Of a stretch of 58,952 bases of DNA, positions 18,558-26,858 are shown in pieces. This DNA is from Planctomycetota bacterium (GTDB lineage: Bacteria > Planctomycetota > SZUA-567 > JAFGNG01): NCBI GenBank assembly GCA_016927125.1, contig JAFGNG010000028.1, positions 1 to 58,952 on the forward strand, in the 5' to 3' direction. The stretch's first letter is position 1. The number at the start of each line of letters is the position of its first letter. The position numbers and the translations under genes were made by a program. The notes beneath the pieces are model-generated. The model did not search any database. It was not told the origin of the DNA and saw nothing but the letters and a program-made list of their open reading frames with translations.

Positions 18558-21500
18558 TTACCGGCTTTCGCTATAGTGACTCTTGAGAATAGTAAAATCT
18601 GCGAAATCAACTATGCCGTTTCCGTCTAAATCTGCAGGCGCAAAATCGGTGTTGTAGTTTTTCTTTAAGAGGTTGAAATCTGCAAAATCAACTTTGTTGC
18701 TGCCATCAATATCTCCCGGGATCCAATCCACTGTTATTGAAACCGGTTCGCTCCACACGTTATTTTCATTCTTAACTCGCAGGATCACTTCATAGGGAGG
18801 ATAACCAGGCATAACCGCCGGGTTATAGCCATAACCCGGGAAGTTGTGGGTAAACTGCACCGCGGTTGATATTACCGCGGTATCCAGAGTCCATTCCCAT
18901 TCGACAATCGTATCGCCCTCGGGGTCAAAACTGCCGACCGCGTCTAACTTCACCTCCAGATTACCCTGAAGTTCAAAGCTTGGCACCGCAATGGGATCTT
19001 CATCAACATCAGCCACCGGGATGATAATATCTTCATCATAGGTTTCACCCCTACCGTCATCAGCACGAACGGTAATGATATATTCTGGCGTGGTTTCGAA
19101 ATCGATTGCCGCGCCAGAAGTAACTATTAATCTTGCCAAGCCGGCATCATTAACGATTTCGAAATTGCCGCTCGGGTCGCTTATCATTGAGAAGGAAAGA
19201 AGATCATCATTGGGATCAGTACCACTGATAATACCAACTAAGGTGCCTCCCGGACTATTTTCCGGGATGGCGAGGTCAGATTGCAGGAGATAAGCATATG
19301 CCGCACCGCAGTCATCCTCATCATTTGCCCCGGCAAGGGCATATTCCCCGGAAATAAATACTGCACGGCCAAATTCGTTGTTGGGGGTAGCGTCATCAGG
19401 AGTAATTTTGACAACCTCGAGCCAACCGCTGCCAAAGCGTTTAAAAAGGTAAACCGAGCCGGAATCTGGTCCGGAGTTATCGTCGCCATAAGCCCCAAGA
19501 GTTACATAGTCTCCAGAAATGGCGACGGCATAGCTGAAATAATCGCTCGCCTCGCTGTCAGAAGCGATCAGCTTGGCTTGTTCACTCCAAAAGAAGCCCT
19601 GGCGCTTGAAAACATAAGCTGAACCAGCGCCACTATTCTTTAAATAGGAGCCAACCACAGCGTCGTCGCCGGAAATGGAGACAGACTTGCCGAACCAGTC
19701 AGCCAACGCTCCGTCAGAGGCGGTTAACTTGGCTTCCTCTTTCCAGATAGTTTCATCTCGAGTGAAAATATAGGCAGAACCGGAATCGTTGCCGTTGTCA
19801 TCGTCCCGATAAGACCCGATAATGACTGAGTCGCCGGAAATGGCAACCGCGCATCCGAAACAGTCGCCTAATTCGCCGTCAGCCGGGACCAGCTTGGCTT
19901 GCTCGGTCCAGGTGGCATCATTTCGCTTAAAGATATAAGCGGCGCCAAAATCACCGCCGATGCCATCGCAGCCCACCGCGCCGACTACGGCGTAATCGCC
20001 GGAAATGGCAACCGAGCAGCCGAAGAAGTCATCTGCTGCGCTGCCCGAGGGGATTAACTTGGCTTGCTGGGCCCAAGTGCTTCCCGTACGTTTAAAAATA
20101 TAGGCTGAGCCGGAATTGCTGCCATGGTCATCGTTAAACATTGCCCCGGCAATGGCGTAATCGCCGGAAATTGAGACAGACTTGCCGAAGTAATCACCAA
20201 ATGCGCCGTCAGAGGCGGTCAGCTTGTCTTCCTCCAGCCAACTTGTGCCATCCCGCTTGAAAATGTAGGCTGAACCATAATTATAACCGCCGGTATCATC
20301 AGACCCAGCCCCGATAATTGCGTACTCTCCAGAGAGGCTAACGGAACAACCGAAATAATCATAATCCGCGCCGTCAGAGGCGGTTAACTTGGTTTCCTGG
20401 GTGTTGACTGTAAATGCGGAAAGGTCAATATCAGTAGGCGCTTCATTTGGTTTAGGAATAATCGCCGGAATCGTATAGGTAATTTCAAGTTTCGGCGCCC
20501 ATTCTGCCTGCTCCATACCGCCCAGGACATACTGGTTGTTTGCGATCCCCAAGGCGCCTTCATGTGTAATAAAATATGCGTAGAATGAATTACTGCCATC
20601 GAAATGGTGAAGGCCAGTGGCGAGGTGGAAGCCTTGATAAACATCTGTGCTTTGCCATTCTGTGATAATTGGCAGGACATCAAAATTGTGATAACCACTC
20701 TCAGAAAGAAGCATGGAATAATCCACTTCTGAGCCATGATCACCGCAATCTCCCTGGATCTGGGGCGGGCCAAGCTCTTCGATTATATGCGGTGCATACC
20801 ATCCCACATCTCTATCCCGGTATGCGGCGTTGGTATCGGTATGGTCATAGCCATCGGGATAGGAGGAGGTGCTTTCGGTCCACATGCCATCCCCGTTAGG
20901 ATCAGTAACCGGGGAAACCTCGATTGCGGCATTTGTCGAATTGGCCGGTGAGAATTGATAAATGGTCAAAGTGGCGCTTTCCACGACAGTACCTAAGGGC
21001 AGCGCTTCCAACGCTTCCTTGACCCCGGCAAAATAAATAAGGCAGGCATTGTATTGACCGATTGAATTATCGTCTGTATATGACTGTCCTTGCCTCAGAT
21101 ACGCGCGTTGGCCAACGTTCGGAGGCGGATCCTCTTCCTTTCCAGGAGAAGTCCACCGGCGCAGATTAATATCCATCGTGCCGTTGTAACCATCAACGCC
21201 CTCCTGAAAGACCATTGCACCCCCAGACGGCAAGTCAATCAGCGCATAGTGGTCTTCATCATAACCGATCATTGAGCCTGGATTTATTACCCGGAAACGA
21301 TATTTATGCCCATGGGTATTGATATCCGCGTACATTGCAAACCAAAGTTCAACATAGGTATCACTCGCGTAACTATCATTGATGCCATCTGCATCGCTTG
21401 AAAATTCGCCCGGGGCGGGAGTATAGCTGCCAGCAGGAGCACTGCTCTGGTACCAGCTGGTTTCAACCTCGTCATTATTAGAAATATTTACCGAGTATAA

Positions 21501-24500
21501 GTATGGCCGCCAGATAGTGTCCGCCGCGATATTGGTCCAAGGTCCGGGGGTTGGCGCATCATAGTCTTCCTGATATTGTAGTACCCAGTCTCCGCCTACT
21601 ACATCATTAAGTGCAATCTGGAGTGAAAGCAGATATGTCGAACTACAGTGGCCAACCATCTCAGTATTTTCTGTTTCCCAGGCAATTGCATCCGGCTCAA
21701 CCGGCTCATCGTTAGCCCAGGCATAATTAGTCATGATGACCGGGTAGTTGAAGGTAGCGGTGGGATATACTGAATAATTGAAGTCCGTGTCGGTTTTGAC
21801 TATGCGGAAGCGGTAATTATGGTCTACCGATGCGGCAGCAGGTTTGACTGCATACCATAATTCCACAGACTTGTCGGCAAGATAATCGTCTGTGACCGTA
21901 CCATCGTTTGAAAATTCACCGCTGTCAACAGTATAACCAACAGGCGGGTTGTTGTCGTACCAACCGGTTTGCACCTCGGCGTCATTGGCCAGATTCATCT
22001 CGTGCGCAGGGTCAGGTTCCCAGGCATTGCCGCCGGCGACATCGGTCCAGGGGCCGGGTGAATCGCTATCATAGTCCTCCTGGTACTGGAGGGACCAATC
22101 CCCGGATTGATTCTCTTCGAACGCGACTTGGACTGCGAGGATGTAGGTTTTCTCAGGAACGAAGAGCAGATCCGTTGCCTCCGCCTGCCAGTCGAGCGCA
22201 TCGGCATCGCTATCCGCATCCGGCGCCCAGCCATACGAAGTCTGACTGGCCTCGGGAATATCCACCTCTGTCTGGTCAAAATAACCCGCTCCCTTCCAAT
22301 CCACGCCATTAACCTCAAGGATAACCGGAATTTCGTAAAGAAGCTTAAAGGCTTTGGCATATTCGCCATTTGCAAGGGCATCACTGGCAGCAATGATTTT
22401 AGGCTGCATCTCTGTCGCAACTCCAGAACCTACAATTGACTTGACATAGATGGCATTGGCGATAAGTTCCTGCAAGTAGGCGAGTTCCCGGTATGGTATC
22501 CCGCTGTTTTCATAAGATGCCACCTCCACTGTGGTGGAGTTGAGCTTATAGCCTGCCAGGCCATAAGGCTCCAGAGCCACTGACAGCCTGTATTGGTCTC
22601 CGCTCGGCACCAGGGTTTCGGCCCCATTCGTAGCCAGGTTAAGGACTGGAGTGTTTTCATCAAGCATGATGTTGCCGGAAATCGGCCAGAAACCGGGATT
22701 CGCAACATAGATCCAGGTCTCCCCTCCTTTGACCAATTTTCTGATCACAAAATTGGTGTCAAAACCGGTGCTGAGTACCGGGGAGAATTTCTCCGGTGGA
22801 AGTTGTGAAAAGACCTTGGTAAAGGTGCGGTGTATCTGCTCATTGCCAAGGTTGATTGCCAGGTCGGTCCAGCCGAAGACGATAGCCTCTGGATCCCCGG
22901 AAATCAAAGCCGCGATAATCGGCTCCCGGCATTGATAGCCCCCCGGCTGCGGTTCAACCCGCACCCGATAAGATCTCATAATCCAATCTGACCCGCTAAC
23001 GAGATAAGGACTGATTGAACCAACGTTATAGTCTTTGCTGGCACACTGGTTTTCATCCCAGCTTGACCGCACAAAAACATAGCGATTGGTATCAGTCGCG
23101 AAGGCGTCAGTAATTCGGGGGTCCAGCTTGGCCAGCCAGAGGTAAGGGCTTTGCGAATATTGTAACCCGAAGCGCCAGGATTCCTTGAAACTGATGGTCC
23201 AGCGCCCGGTCCAAAGATCCGGAACGCTATGGAGGGCATTAAAATCATAGGCCATCGTGTGCAGGTATTCTTCATAGGTTTGTCCAGAAGTGAGCCAATC
23301 CTCGAAGAACTTATTGTCTTCGATCATCACGTCATTAAGAAACTGCAAATCCGCGCGCTCAGCCTGCAGCAAGGTGATCGCATCCCCCAGCCACTGGGCA
23401 TACTTGTCACAGCGCCATTGATAAAAAGCTGCCAGCCAAGCGGGGTTGTTAGTAAGTTTATTCTTGCGATGCCAAAAGCGATTCGGATCAGTTGGGGAGA
23501 TTACCGGATCCACTGAGTTAAGATCAATCCCGGTATCATTTTCAAAGAGACCGAAGGTATAGTCATCGAAGCTGCAGTAGAGCGCGTTATCATAATCCGT
23601 CGCGTAAGGATGGCCGAGGACATAACCCGGGGCCCATAACCCCACTGGATGCCCGGCTGGTCCGGATTCGTTGTGCACACCTTTGAAGTGAGTGAATTGC
23701 TTGTACTGCATGCCCCAGGCAGTCATATAGTCGTTAAACTTCTTCTTCACATCCGGATGTAGCCAGTTTTGCCTATTTACGTAACTGACCGAGGAATCAC
23801 TCATGGTAAACTGTTGGCCATTTTCGTTTACCAACCAGCAGGTATCGCCGCCCTGGGCCACCTGCGCATTGTTAAGCAACATCTCACACTCCCCGCGGTA
23901 TTGGGTGAATTCCATACCGAGGTAGAAATCAATGTTATTGATCTCCAGCACATTCGCCAGGAAAGCCCGGTAGCAATGCGGCATCCTGGAATCCTTGGTG
24001 TGGTTGATCAACATTGCCGGGGTGCCGCGATTGGTGTATTGATAAGCGCCCATGATGTGCATGTTCTGGCCGGCAAATTTCAGGTACTGGGTGTAATGAT
24101 CGTAAGTCTCCTTCATCCATTGCAAATCAAGGATATAACGGTGCATCAAAGTACCGTCGTTGGGATGGCTTTTTGCCAGGCCGAAGTTATTCCCGATTCC
24201 GGAGCTGTACAAGGTGCGCTCGGTATGGATGCCGAAGTCCCTTTCCAGCCCCATGCGGATCGCGGGAAGATCCCCGGTGATATGGTATACCCGCAAAGCT
24301 GCCGCGGCCGAATGCAGCCCATCCTCACCATTGACAATATCAACCGAGTGAGGTCCGGAATGGGTTGCCCGGCAGACCCAGCGCAAGGTCTTCATCCCAT
24401 AGGTTCGGTAAAAAGTCCTGCCAGTTTCAGCGCCGACCCCGGAGACGGAGTTATCCCATTCCCCCTCAGCTTTATGCGAAATTGAAACCTCGATCAGGCG

Positions 24501-26261
24501 GTCAGCGTCATCGGGATAATCCAGTTCAAACATGTAAAAATCGCCTTGATGGTCCGGGATAAAACGATAGGAGAAGAAGGAACTGCGCTCACTGCCGACC
24601 ACCTCGCGGTATTGGCTTCCATCGCTCATGGTCACGATTTTTGGAGCTTCCGGTGAGACTACTTCGGTAGAGTTGCCATAGGGGTCAATGGTGTACTCTT
24701 TCCATGCATGACTATCGGCAGGATCGGTAAAGTCGATGGTTTCTTCCAAGGTCATGCTCATACCTTCGGTGTAGCTGGCGCCTTCAATCGGGGTTGGCGA
24801 GTGATTAGCGATCACCATAAATGGCTCGCGTGTCCTCGTCCTAAATGCCGCCCCGCTCCGGGTTAATTCCAGGGAGATTGTATAGATGCCATCAGGCAGG
24901 CTATCCCCAAGGTTGATGCTGTATTTCAGGGAATTATCAATTTCGGTAAAGGATGATACCTGGCCACTGGCTTCCAAGGTGCCGAGCCCGCCAGCGTCTA
25001 TACCGGTTTCTACAGGTCTGCGGACATAGTATTTAAGCACCGGATCGGGGGCGGGATCTTTCAGCCCTTCCGGCACATAGACGTCGAAGCGCACCTCCGT
25101 GCCCTCTTCGTAAAAGAGGTTACGCTTGTTGGGATCAGGATTACGGATGTCGAATGGACCGGCATAGGCCGCCATCGCCACCTCGTCACTCTCGCCGCGC
25201 ATATGGTAGTAAATCCCATAGGCGTCTTGGACACCCCCGTCCTCCCCGACACCCTTCCAAGCAGAGTCATCAAATCCCGGTTCGCTCCACCCGGCCGGGC
25301 CGGTGGGACTGCAAGTCCAGCGTAACGAGGGATCGGTAGAAAGGCTGGTTTTCCATTCCGTCTCAGTGCCATCGGCCATAATAATTCGACACTGGAAAAA
25401 AGCCTGGGGTTTATATCTTACCCGGTAACAATAAAAGCCAATACAATTGGTTCCCGGTTGCAGGTAGGGGGTAATATCGACTGAATTGGTGTGGTAGAGA
25501 TACTCGGCCTGGTTTCTCTCTACTTTCTGGCCGTTGACATAAAGTTCGGCCGCGATCCGGTTCCATCCGTACCAGATGTATTCAGTTGCGCCACTGACAT
25601 CGGCTATTGCCCTCCAGACCGTGCCGGCCGGGAGGGTAAATTCCTTGCGGAGATAACCCTGACAGCGATCCTGGGTAAGTTTAACCCATTCAATTTCAAA
25701 ACTTTCCTGATAGGCCCCTGTGACGGTAAGCTTGAAACCATCAGGGGTGGGGAAGATCATCCCGCCGTTCTGATTCATGGTAACGCCTTCATCAGGATCG
25801 ACAGGCCAGGTATTACCGGAGAATTCCGTGGTTATCGGGTAAGTGTAAGACTGGGTTCCCTCTTTGTATTGCTCTACGGTCAGAGACTTGGTGCCGGTGC
25901 TTGACCCCTTAATCCTGATGATGATATGATTCTGCTCCGGCCACATGGACTGGACCTGGTCACGGGGTTGGGTACCGCTGACATTACCCCAGTTGAGAAC
26001 TGCGCTGGTATTAGAAAGTTGAAATTTAAGCAGCCCGCCGGAAACCTCCCAGGTGCCCGCTTTGACCCCGGTATATGAGACGAAATTCGCGGAGTTATCA
26101 ACTGGCAGAAAGATCTTTTCCGGAGTGTCGTAAGCGGGGGCGATTGAATCCGCCCAGAAAATTTCATTAGGATCTAAATCATCGGTAGGTTCGGCATGAA
26201 TGGTAAAGGTAAAAACCATTATCGAAACCATTGCTGCCAGTATAAAACGCCATTTATACAT
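18558..26261 (-). CDS. Giant secreted multidomain protein (2567 aa): glycosidase-like N-terminal ~1290 aa, twin ~160-aa repeats, ~250-aa shared module, FG-GAP-like propeller, cadherin-like, PKD-like and dockerin-type domains
   Basis: One uninterrupted ORF. Start moved to ATG 26261 (MYKWRFILAAMVSIMVFTFTIHA signal; AGGA..GGAG upstream). The N-terminal region aligns along its length with the 47602-52266 protein. The C-terminus is GDIDGSNKVDFADF...DLDGNGIVDFADF. Confidence 0.8.
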   Translation of the reverse strand: MYKWRFILAAMVSIMVFTFTIHAEPTDDLDPNEIFWADSIAPAYDTPEKIFLPVDNSANFVSYTGVKAGTWEVSGGLLKFQLSNTSAVLNWGNVSGTQPRDQVQSMWPEQNHIIIRIKGSSTGTKSLTVEQYKEGTQSYTYPITTEFSGNTWPVDPDEGVTMNQNGGMIFPTPDGFKLTVTGAYQESFEIEWVKLTQDRCQGYLRKEFTLPAGTVWRAIADVSGATEYIWYGWNRIAAELYVNGQKVERNQAEYLYHTNSVDITPYLQPGTNCIGFYCYRVRYKPQAFFQCRIIMADGTETEWKTSLSTDPSLRWTCSPTGPAGWSEPGFDDSAWKGVGEDGGVQDAYGIYYHMRGESDEVAMAAYAGPFDIRNPDPNKRNLFYEEGTEVRFDVYVPEGLKDPAPDPVLKYYVRRPVETGIDAGGLGTLEASGQVSSFTEIDNSLKYSINLGDSLPDGIYTISLELTRSGAAFRTRTREPFMVIANHSPTPIEGASYTEGMSMTLEETIDFTDPADSHAWKEYTIDPYGNSTEVVSPEAPKIVTMSDGSQYREVVGSERSSFFSYRFIPDHQGDFYMFELDYPDDADRLIEVSISHKAEGEWDNSVSGVGAETGRTFYRTYGMKTLRWVCRATHSGPHSVDIVNGEDGLHSAAAALRVYHITGDLPAIRMGLERDFGIHTERTLYSSGIGNNFGLAKSHPNDGTLMHRYILDLQWMKETYDHYTQYLKFAGQNMHIMGAYQYTNRGTPAMLINHTKDSRMPHCYRAFLANVLEINNIDFYLGMEFTQYRGECEMLLNNAQVAQGGDTCWLVNENGQQFTMSDSSVSYVNRQNWLHPDVKKKFNDYMTAWGMQYKQFTHFKGVHNESGPAGHPVGLWAPGYVLGHPYATDYDNALYCSFDDYTFGLFENDTGIDLNSVDPVISPTDPNRFWHRKNKLTNNPAWLAAFYQWRCDKYAQWLGDAITLLQAERADLQFLNDVMIEDNKFFEDWLTSGQTYEEYLHTMAYDFNALHSVPDLWTGRWTISFKESWRFGLQYSQSPYLWLAKLDPRITDAFATDTNRYVFVRSSWDENQCASKDYNVGSISPYLVSGSDWIMRSYRVRVEPQPGGYQCREPIIAALISGDPEAIVFGWTDLAINLGNEQIHRTFTKVFSQLPPEKFSPVLSTGFDTNFVIRKLVKGGETWIYVANPGFWPISGNIMLDENTPVLNLATNGAETLVPSGDQYRLSVALEPYGLAGYKLNSTTVEVASYENSGIPYRELAYLQELIANAIYVKSIVGSGVATEMQPKIIAASDALANGEYAKAFKLLYEIPVILEVNGVDWKGAGYFDQTEVDIPEASQTSYGWAPDADSDADALDWQAEATDLLFVPEKTYILAVQVAFEENQSGDWSLQYQEDYDSDSPGPWTDVAGGNAWEPDPAHEMNLANDAEVQTGWYDNNPPVGYTVDSGEFSNDGTVTDDYLADKSVELWYAVKPAAASVDHNYRFRIVKTDTDFNYSVYPTATFNYPVIMTNYAWANDEPVEPDAIAWETENTEMVGHCSSTYLLSLQIALNDVVGGDWVLQYQEDYDAPTPGPWTNIAADTIWRPYLYSVNISNNDEVETSWYQSSAPAGSYTPAPGEFSSDADGINDSYASDTYVELWFAMYADINTHGHKYRFRVINPGSMIGYDEDHYALIDLPSGGAMVFQEGVDGYNGTMDINLRRWTSPGKEEDPPPNVGQRAYLRQGQSYTDDNSIGQYNACLIYFAGVKEALEALPLGTVVESATLTIYQFSPANSTNAAIEVSPVTDPNGDGMWTESTSSYPDGYDHTDTNAAYRDRDVGWYAPHIIEELGPPQIQGDCGDHGSEVDYSMLLSESGYHNFDVLPIITEWQSTDVYQGFHLATGLHHFDGSNSFYAYFITHEGALGIANNQYVLGGMEQAEWAPKLEITYTIPAIIPKPNEAPTDIDLSAFTVNTQETKLTASDGADYDYFGCSVSLSGEYAIIGAGSDDTGGYNYGSAYIFKRDGTSWLEEDKLTASDGAFGDYFGKSVSISGDYAIAGAMFNDDHGSNSGSAYIFKRTGSTWAQQAKLIPSGSAADDFFGCSVAISGDYAVVGAVGCDGIGGDFGAAYIFKRNDATWTEQAKLVPADGELGDCFGCAVAISGDSVIIGSYRDDDNGNDSGSAYIFTRDETIWKEEAKLTASDGALADWFGKSVSISGDDAVVGSYLKNSGAGSAYVFKRQGFFWSEQAKLIASDSEASDYFSYAVAISGDYVTLGAYGDDNSGPDSGSVYLFKRFGSGWLEVVKITPDDATPNNEFGRAVFISGEYALAGANDEDDCGAAYAYLLQSDLAIPENSPGGTLVGIISGTDPNDDLLSFSMISDPSGNFEIVNDAGLARLIVTSGAAIDFETTPEYIITVRADDGRGETYDEDIIIPVADVDEDPIAVPSFELQGNLEVKLDAVGSFDPEGDTIVEWEWTLDTAVISTAVQFTHNFPGYGYNPAVMPGYPPYEVILRVKNENNVWSEPVSITVDWIPGDIDGSNKVDFADFNLLKKNYNTDFAPADLDGNGIVDFADFTILKSHYSESR

Positions 26262-26574
26262 AACTCCATTCCTCATTCTAAAGACTTTATAACCGAAGAA
26301 TAATTTCGAAATTAATCTATGGTGATAGTTATAGATAGGTAAGCTACGTGATGGGCAGGTAATAACACCGGATCTGCTATAATTATACTGATATTTTCCA
26401 GAGGCATTTACCCGCCGGCTGTTAAGTAATAATTCCAGCTACCTATTATAGCAATAAGTTAAAAAATATCCTCCGCTGAGCACATATTGGCTTTATTATA
26501 AAATGTAGTATAAATCAGTATTTGTCAATTAGCTTGTTATAATATAACCTGATAAGTGTATTATATCCTCTAAT

Positions 26575-26765
26575 CCCCTTGGGCGTTCTTTTGGGCGTGA
26601 CCATGAAGGCAACATGAGACTACCTGAGACCGAACTGGGTGTTTTGCAAGTTTCGCAAGAAGCATAAAAAATTGGATAGCAGGCGTAAGTCCCGTTATCC
26701 AATCTTGTTATGATGAAGCACCCAATCGATTCATGCCTGGTGACACTCGGTTTACAAAGCTGTTG
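26575..26765 (-). repeat. Repeat copy B: decayed tRNA-Thr 3' half (26714-26765), terminator hairpin (26671-26703, T-tract on minus), TGAGAC x2, TTGGGCG x2
   Basis: Same order and orientation as 45639-45935. The hairpin stem ATTGGATA/TATCCAAT shows a compensatory change relative to CTGGATAG/CTATCCAG. The copy lies ~90 nt downstream of the 26859 stop, so the hairpin can terminate that gene. Confidence 0.75.
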
Positions 26766-26828
26766 ATGGGAAGTGCTTACCTCTTACTTGTAAACCATCA
26801 CCTACAACTTAATTGATTTAGCCTTAAC

Positions 26829-26851
26829 CGTCCCGTTGGGCGGAATTGTGG
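26829..26851. repeat. Orphan 23-nt fragment of the repeat's TTGGGCG end
   Basis: CGTCCCGTTGGGCGGAATTGTGG matches CGTCCAGTTGGGCGGAACTGGGG (31418-31440) at 20/23 positions. The two copies bracket the 26859-31163 gene as direct repeats. Confidence 0.5.
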
Positions 26852-26858
26852 CTGAATT

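Noticed and set aside
23769-24485. Long antisense or alternative-frame ORFs inside the giant genes (also 50017-51324 plus, 53533-54234 minus, 30384-31016 plus, 10154-10813 plus).
   Set aside because: Each lies wholly within a much longer ORF on the other strand that has clear domain content. Their translations are low-complexity (Arg/Pro/Gly/His-rich) shadow frames with no RBS.
26749-26796. The 9-bp inverted repeat GGTTTACAA ... TTGTAAACC, formed by the anticodon-loop remnant of copy B and a nearby sequence.
   Set aside because: It would be a short stem with a ~30-nt loop, and it is not seen at the other copies. It is probably fortuitous.
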